57,197 nucleotides of DNA from a virus (lineage: Duplodnaviria > Caudoviricetes): positions 1 to 57,197 of IMG/VR virus record IMGVR_UViG_3300025759_000110; one strand, given 5' to 3'. The position numbers and the translations under genes are program-made. This document shows positions 23,819 through 33,061 of the stretch, one piece after another (the first letter of the stretch is position 1; every line of letters starts with the position of its first letter). The notes under the pieces were generated by a model. It saw nothing but the letters and a program-made list of their open reading frames with translations. It did not search any database and was not told where the DNA came from.

Positions 23819-23966
23819 CCTTTGGGTAATAAACTTCTACGTGGCTTCGGCAATTAGGACAGTGGAAATAGGTCACCATTGCATATTTATCTGCTCCGGG
23901 TTCCCACTCCTCTAAGTCACTATCGCTGTTCCAGATCAACGGAGTTTGGCAGTGCCAACAATTCAT
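23787..23966 (-). CDS. Small zinc-ribbon protein (not in ORF track)
   Basis: 59 aa MNCWHC...HCPNC...; ATGA overlap with the helicase stop. Confidence 0.65.
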   Translation of the reverse strand: MNCWHCQTPLIWNSDSDLEEWEPGADKYAMVTYFHCPNCRSHVEVYYPKDDEDEEDHLR

Positions 23967-25480
23967 AGGTCATAGCTCCTTGAGACATCTTCAGCATCGA
24001 CGATAAACAGGTTTTGCTTGGTCCGTGTGACGCCGACATAAAACACACGGTGCATATCATCTGGGTTAATCCGCATTTCTTCGTCTGCGGCTGGACTGAG
24101 GTCCGTGAACAACACAACGTTGTCCGCTTCACCGCCCTTTGACCCGTGGATCGTGGACGCCGTGATGCGAGGGATGCCATTGAACTTTTCGCCACGGCGC
24201 AACAAGGCTGTTATGTAGGCCCGATCTGTTTCAGGTAGCTTGTCCATGGCTTCGGACCAGATCATTGAGTTATCGATTAGCAAACCGTAGTTGGCGCGTA
24301 ACTCGTCCAGTTTTATTAGATCGTCATCATCCAGATTAGGCAGCTTTTTGAAGCCTCGTTTGACGCGATCACCTACCGACATGAAGCTGTAAATCTTACG
24401 AGCGGTCGCACCGGAAACTTCGTTTCCTTTACGCAACTGCTCCCAACCATTTACGGCATCAGAAATTTTTTCACTGATGCTACGATGTCCGCGGTACGTG
24501 AACAGATAACCGTTTGATTTCAAGTCGTTAGCTACTGGCGTTAGCTGGTATCCTGCCTGCGACAAAATAAGCCAAGACCCTTGCGTCATGTCCAAAGAGT
24601 TAATAGTGTTGATCCGCGTCACGTTGCCCGGTTCCTCACGGGGTTCGTATTTTTTCGGAAACCTTCGGGCAATGCGACGCACGACACCCTCTGCAATTTT
24701 ATGTACACGGCTTGGCACCCTGTAAGATTGGGACAGGATTTCTGATCCGCCGGGTAGATTGATGAACTGGTCCACGTCTGCGCCAGCCCAACGGTAGATG
24801 GCTTGGTCATCGTCGCCTGCGGCATACATGCGGTTGGAGTTGGTATCCAGTATGTGAGCAATGTCCCACTGCAAGGGGCTTAAATCCTGCGCTTCGTCAA
24901 GAAAGCAAAGGTCAAACTCAGGACAGAATTTGCCAGACTGATCGACAAAGGCTTGTAGCATGTCGGTGAAGTCGTAGAGGTTGAGCTTGTTCTTGTAATC
25001 CCGCAGGCAGGTATCGACGTAGTTAACTGTGTTCCAGTCTGGTTCGATATTGCTACGATTGTATTGGTCCCGCAGCGACACCTTTCGGAGCCGCGCGAGG
25101 TTAATAAGCCCAAGGATTGGATCGTTAGATGATACCATTGTTGGGATGTCATCGTCAAAGTTTCCAGCCTTTGCGCCACCAAGCGATACACCGATGGCCT
25201 GACCCAGCTCTTTGTAGTTTTGCTCCTGCATAACCTGCTCTGGACGAATGTCCGTCATGGTCAGCGCCAGCGAATGCAGGGTGCGGAAGTAAATCAGGTC
25301 TTTCTTTGGGTCCAGACCAAACCTTGCTGCGGCGCGTTCCTTGGCTTCGTTAGCGGCTTTGCGAGTAAAGGCTAGGAAAGCAATCCTATGAGGATGCGTC
25401 CCCTTCTCCAGTGCATCGTCTACCATGTTTAGCAGGGTTGTAGTTTTGCCCGTGCCCGGCGGTCCAAAGATTCGAAACAT
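23963..25480 (-). CDS. UvrD/Rep-like SF1 helicase
   Basis: GPPGTGKT, AFTRKAA, TLHS, DEAQD, GDDDQAIY, STIHGSKGGE, YVGVTR. Confidence 0.92.
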   Translation of the reverse strand: MFRIFGPPGTGKTTTLLNMVDDALEKGTHPHRIAFLAFTRKAANEAKERAAARFGLDPKKDLIYFRTLHSLALTMTDIRPEQVMQEQNYKELGQAIGVSLGGAKAGNFDDDIPTMVSSNDPILGLINLARLRKVSLRDQYNRSNIEPDWNTVNYVDTCLRDYKNKLNLYDFTDMLQAFVDQSGKFCPEFDLCFLDEAQDLSPLQWDIAHILDTNSNRMYAAGDDDQAIYRWAGADVDQFINLPGGSEILSQSYRVPSRVHKIAEGVVRRIARRFPKKYEPREEPGNVTRINTINSLDMTQGSWLILSQAGYQLTPVANDLKSNGYLFTYRGHRSISEKISDAVNGWEQLRKGNEVSGATARKIYSFMSVGDRVKRGFKKLPNLDDDDLIKLDELRANYGLLIDNSMIWSEAMDKLPETDRAYITALLRRGEKFNGIPRITASTIHGSKGGEADNVVLFTDLSPAADEEMRINPDDMHRVFYVGVTRTKQNLFIVDAEDVSRSYDL

Positions 25481-25889
25481 GTGGGTCTACCTCCTCAATT
25501 GCTGCAATCAGCTCTTTCAAGCTGCGCCGACCAAAATTTGGTTCTTTCATTACTTCTTCAGGCGAAACGGTGTCGATGAACAAAAGCAAGTTCAAATCTG
25601 CGACACCCATATTCAACAAGGCGTTTCTAACGCGTATCGAAATATCCAGTGCGCCAACCGGCATCTTGCCGTTTGTCTTCCTACTGGCTTCCGCCCAGCG
25701 TCTGTGCTTCATCAGGTTTTGTGCTTTGAAAACAATCTGACGAACACGCTCTCGGGAAATGTTATACTTTGCCCCGATGCTATCCAGCGTTCGCTTTTCA
25801 ACAACGCGCATACGGTAGATAGCCCAATTCCGCTCTCGGTACGGTTCCGTAAAGTCATAGCGGTTTGTTCGAAATACATTCTCCGTCAA
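25386..25889 (-). CDS. sigma70 region-4 HTH fused to an RNAP alpha-CTD-like domain
   Basis: TLDSIGAKYNISRERVRQI (sigma4.2-like) plus LDISIRVRNAL...PNFGRRSLKEL (alpha-CTD-like). Confidence 0.75.
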   Translation of the reverse strand: MTENVFRTNRYDFTEPYRERNWAIYRMRVVEKRTLDSIGAKYNISRERVRQIVFKAQNLMKHRRWAEASRKTNGKMPVGALDISIRVRNALLNMGVADLNLLLFIDTVSPEEVMKEPNFGRRSLKELIAAIEEVDPHVSNLWTAGHGQNYNPAKHGRRCTGEGDASS

Positions 25890-27421
25890 AACGGTGCCTC
25901 CCCTTGGTTCCCAAACTGTGGTGGGTCGATTTCAATATCTACGCTGTCAAATGCAGGTATTTTCCACACACGTACTGCGCGGCCTTTGATCTTCAGAACA
26001 ACGCTTTCACCGTTGATGTCACGCAAACGCTGGGCAATCTTGTGGGATTTGTATTCAAAGAACTTGTTCTTACGCAGGAACGCTTCGAAGTCTTTCAGGC
26101 GGAAGTATGTAATCTCTTCCTCTTCGTCGGTCCAAGGGCGGCGGAGCAAGATTTCTTCTTTGTCTTGCGCTTGCTGTAAGTGACGGCAGAACTCTTCGAG
26201 GTAATCATAGAACTGACCACTGATGCTGGCATCCTGCGCCACTTCTATAATCGCGCTCTCGTTATCGCGCATTTCAGAAAGCAGTGTGCTGATGCGGCTT
26301 TCCCATTGCTGGTTGGCAACGGACCGCGGCATGAAGTTAAGTTGCTCCATGCAGATATACTGGAACCGCTTCTGGTTCATCATCGCTTCTGTGTCTAACT
26401 CCAGAGGCTCCCCGTTGACGTCCATAAACCACACTGGGGGAGTAGAGTTATACTTTCGCAGGTTCGCGATTGTAGCCCCTGCTACAGCGGCTCCTATGCC
26501 ATTCTTTCTGGTGCGGCATAGCTCCTTGTTGCAGTAGGCGTTGATTGGAGCGTCGTTGCATTTGTAAGCATAGTCTTTGCGCTGGACCTGCTTGGCAACT
26601 ATGTTGACCTCCGGCAGTGGAAGCGGCGGAGATAGGTACTCCATATTGTATTTAAGGATTTCGGATTCCCAACTATCTGGATAGGCTTTTCGTAAATAAA
26701 CCCCGATGTTGAATAACCCATTATTGCGGCCTCCTTCGCTGATTCCCATCTTACAAAGTATCTGTAGACAGGGCGGGCCATCCTTCAGTAGTTCAGTCTC
26801 GCCGCTACCTACTACTTGCAGCTTAACAACTTCTTCAGGGGTTTGGACAAATTTATCGTACAATCCGAAAAATTCTTCTATTGACGCGCTGGTTCCGTCA
26901 TCCAGAAACGCGTAACGCAAACCCTCTTCGTGGTTATAATATGGCAGGTTCAGAAAGTTACCGACATCACCACGGTCCAAGTGTAACTTTACCTGCTTTG
27001 GGAATATCTCGCTCTCCCCATAGCCAAGGGCCGCGGACATATGTTGCAGAGCCTTCTGCATGTCCCGGGCTTCTATCCAATCCTTGGTGAAGAGGAAGCA
27101 GTGTGCCCCGCCAGACTTTGAGCGGCACACGACGAGCGGCAAATTCAGCCGACGTATTTTTTCTATTAGAAGTTTGTGGTCGAGCGGATACTGATCGATG
27201 TCGATGCAGCCCCACTTGCACATGTTATCTTCGTTAATTGGAATGATGCCTAGACCATTCCCCTTGCCCGACAGGTGGTTTTCCCACAGCTTCGCGGTCC
27301 GCGGTTCCCGTAGTACGCCCGCTTTACCTTTGGCTTTGCCGTTGGTTCCTGTTTTTTCTATTTTGAAGTAGCCGTAGGCTTCTTTCAGTCCATCAAATAT
27401 GGACGCAAATTTCTCTAGCAT
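25886..27421 (-). CDS. DNA primase (AEP-like, with PriCT-like region)
   Basis: WGCIDID, RSKSGGAH, EIFPKQ, GNFLNLPY, PPCL...EGGRNN; located in the replication block. Confidence 0.75.
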   Translation of the reverse strand: MLEKFASIFDGLKEAYGYFKIEKTGTNGKAKGKAGVLREPRTAKLWENHLSGKGNGLGIIPINEDNMCKWGCIDIDQYPLDHKLLIEKIRRLNLPLVVCRSKSGGAHCFLFTKDWIEARDMQKALQHMSAALGYGESEIFPKQVKLHLDRGDVGNFLNLPYYNHEEGLRYAFLDDGTSASIEEFFGLYDKFVQTPEEVVKLQVVGSGETELLKDGPPCLQILCKMGISEGGRNNGLFNIGVYLRKAYPDSWESEILKYNMEYLSPPLPLPEVNIVAKQVQRKDYAYKCNDAPINAYCNKELCRTRKNGIGAAVAGATIANLRKYNSTPPVWFMDVNGEPLELDTEAMMNQKRFQYICMEQLNFMPRSVANQQWESRISTLLSEMRDNESAIIEVAQDASISGQFYDYLEEFCRHLQQAQDKEEILLRRPWTDEEEEITYFRLKDFEAFLRKNKFFEYKSHKIAQRLRDINGESVVLKIKGRAVRVWKIPAFDSVDIEIDPPQFGNQGEAPF

Positions 27422-27481
27422 TGGTGCCCCCATACGAAAAAAAAGTGGGGTATACACAAGCGTATATACCCCACGTGACAG

Positions 27482-28255
27482 TTAGAACGGTGTTGAACCG
27501 CCTTCATCGTCCTTCGTATGTTTCACTTCAACATCGCCAGCCAAGATGCTCTCTGCAAATTCCTTTGCACGTGTGTACATACCCGCGTCTTGGATTGGAC
27601 CATCAAGGCTCATCTCCCAGCCATGCCAAGAACCTTTGGAGTTTTCTTCACCAATGGTCTTGAGGTGGTAAATGTGTGAGAAGCGGGGCGGCGTGAACGG
27701 CCCGTTCTTACCTTGCATCTGACGAGACATCATCATGCTATTCCACTTACGCGACTTTTTAAGCTGCGTAGATTTCATTGCAATCAGGGCTGTCTCCGCA
27801 GAACCATCCTCCTTCAATACAATCACGAAGTGTTGGTGTGTCTCTTCGATGTAGTCTCCGTCACCGCCAACAACGTAGTCTTTGTTGTCGTCTGACGAAC
27901 GCTCCGTCTTTGGACGCTCCTCATTAGGTTCGTAAATTGCCACGGGCGCACCGCTACCACTGCCACGTGGTGCCCACTGGATAAAACGTCGCTGGTAAGC
28001 ACACGGGATTACGCGGATACCCACCTTACCTTTGACGCATTCACCAGTCACGGTGTTGTAAATGTCGCCCTTACGAGCCTCTTCGTTCTCATCCAATACA
28101 GGGTCATTACCTGACAGAACTTTAAGGAAGGGAAGAGCCATGTCCTCCTGCCCTAAGTTCTCCATGCCACGGCCTGCGTCGGCTTCAAACATTGATGGAT
28201 CAAAGGCCGCTACTGCGGTCTGTTCTTTTTTAGCTACTGCTTTTGCTTCGGTCAT
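27482..28255 (-). CDS. Single-stranded DNA-binding-like protein
   Basis: 257 aa, MKSTQLKKSRKWN motif, acidic C-terminus DDEGGSTPF. Confidence 0.6.
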   Translation of the reverse strand: MTEAKAVAKKEQTAVAAFDPSMFEADAGRGMENLGQEDMALPFLKVLSGNDPVLDENEEARKGDIYNTVTGECVKGKVGIRVIPCAYQRRFIQWAPRGSGSGAPVAIYEPNEERPKTERSSDDNKDYVVGGDGDYIEETHQHFVIVLKEDGSAETALIAMKSTQLKKSRKWNSMMMSRQMQGKNGPFTPPRFSHIYHLKTIGEENSKGSWHGWEMSLDGPIQDAGMYTRAKEFAESILAGDVEVKHTKDDEGGSTPF

Positions 28256-28839
28256 TATTTTCTACCTTTCTTGATAACTGCGCGTTGACCAACCCATGCT
28301 CCGAAAAGCTCCATGGGAAATGCATCCCCTTCTTCCACACGTTCCTTTACGAAAGCGCGTAGCGTCTGCGGGTGTATTTCTGTCTTTTGCTCTGGAACAT
28401 ACCCTTGTTTCTGCGCGAACGCAGCGAAGGCGCTTGCTTGATCGTCCTCTCCACGTCCAAACTGGCACAAGACAGTATTCTTGATAATGTCGTCATACCC
28501 GTTGTCACGCAGCCATTCGTAGGCTTTTGGACGATTGTCTACGAGGATTGATGCCCCGTAGGTTTGTTTAACTTCGACTTGTGATCCGTCGTCGAGGCTA
28601 AACGAAGAGATGCCAATCTCTGCAAGCATGGCTGGCATATCTTCATCCGTGAGCTTCAGAAGAGCCTTCTTCTCAGCCTTGAGGTCATCCTCTAAGCTTT
28701 TGATGCGGTCCTCTTTGTCTCGGATTTGGCGGGCCAAAGCGGCTATTGAGGTAAGCCCCTCTTGGTCTACTTTTTCGACCGATGTCGCAAGCGTATCTTC
28801 AAAGTCTTGCTCCATCATCTTCATGATGTCGTCACTCAT
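28255..28839 (-). CDS. Conserved replication-module protein
   Basis: 194 aa, coiled coil plus AYEWLRDNGYDDIIKN and IHPQTLRAFVKE. Confidence 0.75.
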   Translation of the reverse strand: MSDDIMKMMEQDFEDTLATSVEKVDQEGLTSIAALARQIRDKEDRIKSLEDDLKAEKKALLKLTDEDMPAMLAEIGISSFSLDDGSQVEVKQTYGASILVDNRPKAYEWLRDNGYDDIIKNTVLCQFGRGEDDQASAFAAFAQKQGYVPEQKTEIHPQTLRAFVKERVEEGDAFPMELFGAWVGQRAVIKKGRK

Positions 28840-28878
28840 CGTTTTTCTCCTATCGTGGTTAAAGGCACCGTTCGGGCC

Positions 28879-28919
28879 TTGACAAAAACAGATAATATCT
28901 TATACTCGGCTCTTGTCAA
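28879..28919. promoter_or_regulatory. Overlapping divergent sigma70 promoters
   Basis: Plus strand TTGACA-N16-TATACT; minus strand TTGACA-N16-TATTAT. Confidence 0.7.
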
Positions 28920-28942
28920 GCAGTAAATTACGGAGAATAAAA

Positions 28943-30391
28943 ATGGGAGGTTTTGAGTTTAAAACCCAGCCTTATCAGCACCAAAGAAATGCACTGAATG
29001 ATTCGTGGGCCGCGGAGTATTATGCGCTTCTGATGGAGATGGGTACAGGCAAATCCAAAGTAGCCGTAGACAACATGGCTATACTATATGAGCGCGGAGA
29101 TATAACCGCTGCATTAGTTATTGCACCAAAAGGCGTGTACGACAACTGGGTAAAAGGAGAAATTCCTACCCACCTACCGGACCGCATTAAGCGCAACGTC
29201 ATGCGCTGGACCCCAAAGAAGACACAACGGTACGAGCAAGAGCTGCGGGACTTTATCTTGAGCAAAGAACCAGAGCTGAAGGTGTTTGTGATGAACGTCG
29301 AGGCGTTCTCTTCGCCCCGTGGCGTGGAAGCAGCGCAGGCTTTTCTGTACCAGAACAAGAAAAACATGGTGATTGTGGACGAAAGCACGACCATCAAGAA
29401 CCGCAAGGCGCAGCGCACAAAGAATATTGTAAAGCTGCGTGAGCTGTCGAAGTATCGTCGCATCCTGACAGGATCACCCATTACAAAGTCGCCAATGGAC
29501 TTGTTTAGCCAGTGTGATTTTTTGGAAGAGAAGTGCCTTGGCTTTAACAGCTACTTTGCTTTCCAAGCCCGGTACGCGAACGTACAAAAGCGCACCATGG
29601 GACACCGCAGTTTCCAACAGATTGTAGGCTACCGTCGGTTAGACGAGCTATCTGACAAGCTGGACCGCTTCAGCAACCGTGTTTTGAAAGAAGACTGTCT
29701 GGACCTGCCAGACAAGGTGTATATACGCCGTGAAGTTCCGTTGACCACGGAGCAGGAGCGTCTGTACGTGCAGATGAAAAAGCTTGCTCTGGCAAAGATG
29801 GAAAGCGGCGAGTTAGCCACGACCGCCAGCGTTTTGACGCAGATCATGCGCTTGCAACAAATCTGTTGTGGTCATTTGGCACCAGATGACGAGGAAATTA
29901 AGCCCATCAAGAATAATCGCTTGGACGACCTGCTTAGTCTGGTTGAGGAAGTGCAAGGCAAGGCGATTATATGGGCTACTTACTCGTATGACATTGAGCT
30001 AATCCGCAAAGAAATTGCCAAGATGTACGGCGAGGACAGTGTGGCGACGTATTATGGGGCGACGCCGCAAGATGAGCGACAAGAGATAGTTCAAAATTTT
30101 CAAAATAAGAACCATCCCTTGCGCTTCTTCATTGGTCAGCCGAAGACGGGCGGATATGGGATTACACTTACTGAGGCCAACACAGTCATATACTACAGCA
30201 ATAGTTATGATTTGGAAATACGTTTGCAGTCCGAAGACCGCGCTCACCGCATTGGTCAGACCAACAAAGTTACCTACATCGATCTGGTGTCCCCAGACAC
30301 CGTAGACGAGAAGGTTCTAGCTGCGCTGCGTCAAAAGATTGATATCGCAGGTCAGGTTTTAGGCGAAGACGCTAAAGATTGGCTTCGTTAA
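28943..30391 (+). CDS. SNF2-family (SF2) helicase
   Basis: EMGTGKS, DES, LTGSP, GGYGITL, QSEDRAHRIGQ; TTACGGAG RBS; the only large plus-strand gene. Confidence 0.92.
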   Translation: MGGFEFKTQPYQHQRNALNDSWAAEYYALLMEMGTGKSKVAVDNMAILYERGDITAALVIAPKGVYDNWVKGEIPTHLPDRIKRNVMRWTPKKTQRYEQELRDFILSKEPELKVFVMNVEAFSSPRGVEAAQAFLYQNKKNMVIVDESTTIKNRKAQRTKNIVKLRELSKYRRILTGSPITKSPMDLFSQCDFLEEKCLGFNSYFAFQARYANVQKRTMGHRSFQQIVGYRRLDELSDKLDRFSNRVLKEDCLDLPDKVYIRREVPLTTEQERLYVQMKKLALAKMESGELATTASVLTQIMRLQQICCGHLAPDDEEIKPIKNNRLDDLLSLVEEVQGKAIIWATYSYDIELIRKEIAKMYGEDSVATYYGATPQDERQEIVQNFQNKNHPLRFFIGQPKTGGYGITLTEANTVIYYSNSYDLEIRLQSEDRAHRIGQTNKVTYIDLVSPDTVDEKVLAALRQKIDIAGQVLGEDAKDWLR

Positions 30392-30548
30392 GCGTTATCT
30401 GTGACGGACAGTAAGCATCGGGGTGTACCACAAAGCGTCTTGGGCGCGGTGCATCCTCTGACACATAAGTACAGACTTTGACAAATGTGTTTTCTCCGTC
30501 AATCCAATAGTGGGCATAGCCCACCATTATCAAGACGTAGAGCGTCAC
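30372..30548 (-). CDS. Small protein with hydrophobic N-terminus and two Cys (not in ORF track)
   Basis: 58 aa; GTGA overlap with the stop of 30545..33061. Confidence 0.45.
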   Translation of the reverse strand: MTLYVLIMVGYAHYWIDGENTFVKVCTYVSEDAPRPRRFVVHPDAYCPSQITLNEANL

Positions 30549-33061
30549 CCCGGCATCTCGTAAGCGGCGTATTGTTTGTAAAACTCTATGCCGCGGGCTT
30601 CTTCCTCTTCAGGCGGGCGCTGCATGATGTTGGGAATAAACGGACGTTCTTGCTTTTCTTGCTTTGGCTCCTGCATTCCAGAGAAGACGCCGCCAATGCC
30701 TGACATCAAATATTCGCTTTGTACAGGTTGCGGTGGAACATATGATTCGGTGCCAAACCCTTCTGGACGCAATCTTGGCTTCGGAGACGGCTCCTGACCT
30801 TCTTCGCGAATGTAGAAATCGTTCATGCTGGGCAGAATTTCGGCGGTATCTACGCCGTGGATCATAGCAACATAATTACGTGTTTCCTCAAAAGGAGGCA
30901 CACCGTTATATTTACGCACATTACCGGGGCCAGCATTATAAGCAGCAAGGGCCAAGGGCACTGATTGGAACGTATCGAGCTGTTGACGCAGGTAACGTGC
31001 GCCGCCACGGGCGTTTTCGATTGGAACGTTCGGGTCTACACCCAGCTCCGCTGCCGTTTGGGGCATAAGCTGCGTTAGACCGATTGCGCCAGCTTCACTG
31101 ACAGGTCCTTGGCGACCGCGGTTTTCGGTATACATGAGGCGTAGGAAAAGCTCGGGATCAACGCCTTCTTCCATAGCAATATCTACAGGATCAAAGCCGT
31201 AGTCTTCCATGACCTTGGTACGCATGTCGGTCAAGTCTTGTGGCGTAATGACGCCTACTGCTCCACCTTCAGCAAAGAAATCGTCCATGTCAGACGGTAA
31301 GCCTTGCGCCTCGTTTATCCGTGCCTGCTCCGAGGTCCGATAAGCTTCAATCTCGGCTTCTGTTCTACCCATGTCACGCATTTTCAGGATTTCGTCTTCC
31401 ATGGTGCGGTACATGTTTCTGATCCGCATGGCGTCGATTTCTTGTGTAAGATCGGACGGTGTTTCGCGGACCATGTTTAAGTTGCCGGGGTTATCAATCA
31501 TCTCGTTTCGGTAATTTAATAATGATTCCCTAGCAGAGACGGGGTCCTCGAAATCTTCAAAATATGCTCTCGCATTTGGAAATCTATCAATGCCGTTTGC
31601 ATCTTTCGCAAGGTGCATCCCACGACGTTGTACTTCCTGTGCTAATCGTACAGAATTTTCTCCATCGTCTACAAGCCGTTGATTGCCCATGATGCTTTCG
31701 TACTGAGGTTCAATAAGAGTTTCCAAAGCGTCATCCGGTATGTTCTTAACCGCTTCTGAAAACTCTTCGGGGTCCAACCCAATGATCGCATCAAATACTT
31801 CGTCGATAATTTCATATTCTGCGGTTTGTATGGCTTTATTAGCCTCATCCACAGCGGCTTTTTCATCGGGTAACATTCCACTGCTACGAGGGTTGTCTAA
31901 AACCTCGTTTACAACTGCATAACCTTCATCTATTTGACGACGAAGCTCTTTGATGTTCGCCACCGCCATATCAAGCGGGTTAATACGTGCTTTTGCCGCC
32001 GCTTTCGTTGCTTTGCCCACGGCTTCTGATGCTTCCATGACAATGTCTGGAGCAATGGCTGCAACGCCTGCCGTAGCTGCGGCACCCTTCAAGAAGGCAC
32101 GACGGCTTGGATCACCAAGTGTATCTTCAGCGACATCCTTGGTTGCACCCGTCGGTGTCAGAATGTCCATCAAAACGGCTTTTGCAGGCTGCTTGGCTGC
32201 TGCACCCATGCCAATCATGCCCACTGGCGCAAGGGTTTCTAAGGCCGCTTCAATACCTGCTTCTCTGCGTTGTTCTGGCGTAAGGCTTTCGTCAAACGCA
32301 CGACCACTGGCTGCCATACCGCGCATGATGCCTTGTGCCGGGTCTAGCGCAGAGGCCAAGTTTATAAACTGACGCCCTTTTTCCTGTAACTCAGGCGGAA
32401 TGTAGTAGCCTATACCACGACTTGTGTCTTCTACCGCTGCGGCGCGAGCTAAATCTTCTTCTGTTGGAACAGGTGGAGGAACAATACCGCCCTCATCAAA
32501 GCCCATGGCAGACGATCCAAATCCTGACATACCTGCCAAACTTACTTCTGGGTTAGACCCAAAGTTTTCACGACCCGCAGTGTAGAATTGACCGGGCGAG
32601 GACATAACAGCTTGTGCCGTCGCGCCAGCATTACCACGCCGTACAGCGCGGGCTTCAGCTTCTTTGATAAACGCATCCACGTCGCCTTGGCTAAAACCGG
32701 GGTCTTCTGGAGCAACTGGGGCTGATCCGCCTTCAAAGACAGGCGCAGTCCCTACCCACTCGCCGGGAGATGGGGCATATCCTGAATATTGATCGTAGGG
32801 CGTCGTGCGGTCAGTCTGGTTCCAAGCAGCAATGGCGTCGTTGTACGCATTAGCTTTCTCGCGCCACGCTTCCAAATCAGCGTTATATTGGTTTACCAAA
32901 GCGTTATGGGCGTCCACCTTTGCTTGATATTCGCCCGCTTGCGTTTGATACTGTCCCAACGCCTCGTTGTAGAGATTAATCCGGTTATCATAATCTTCCA
33001 TGATATTCCGGTCGTATTTGTAATACCGGGCTTCGGGTGATGCGTACTGTAAAATAGACAT
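30545..33061 (-). CDS. Internal virion/ejection protein with soluble lytic transglycosylase domain
   Basis: TENRG...VSEAGAIGLTQLMPQTA...GARYL...ALAAYNAGPG...ETRNYV. Confidence 0.85.
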   Translation of the reverse strand: MSILQYASPEARYYKYDRNIMEDYDNRINLYNEALGQYQTQAGEYQAKVDAHNALVNQYNADLEAWREKANAYNDAIAAWNQTDRTTPYDQYSGYAPSPGEWVGTAPVFEGGSAPVAPEDPGFSQGDVDAFIKEAEARAVRRGNAGATAQAVMSSPGQFYTAGRENFGSNPEVSLAGMSGFGSSAMGFDEGGIVPPPVPTEEDLARAAAVEDTSRGIGYYIPPELQEKGRQFINLASALDPAQGIMRGMAASGRAFDESLTPEQRREAGIEAALETLAPVGMIGMGAAAKQPAKAVLMDILTPTGATKDVAEDTLGDPSRRAFLKGAAATAGVAAIAPDIVMEASEAVGKATKAAAKARINPLDMAVANIKELRRQIDEGYAVVNEVLDNPRSSGMLPDEKAAVDEANKAIQTAEYEIIDEVFDAIIGLDPEEFSEAVKNIPDDALETLIEPQYESIMGNQRLVDDGENSVRLAQEVQRRGMHLAKDANGIDRFPNARAYFEDFEDPVSARESLLNYRNEMIDNPGNLNMVRETPSDLTQEIDAMRIRNMYRTMEDEILKMRDMGRTEAEIEAYRTSEQARINEAQGLPSDMDDFFAEGGAVGVITPQDLTDMRTKVMEDYGFDPVDIAMEEGVDPELFLRLMYTENRGRQGPVSEAGAIGLTQLMPQTAAELGVDPNVPIENARGGARYLRQQLDTFQSVPLALAAYNAGPGNVRKYNGVPPFEETRNYVAMIHGVDTAEILPSMNDFYIREEGQEPSPKPRLRPEGFGTESYVPPQPVQSEYLMSGIGGVFSGMQEPKQEKQERPFIPNIMQRPPEEEEARGIEFYKQYAAYEMPG

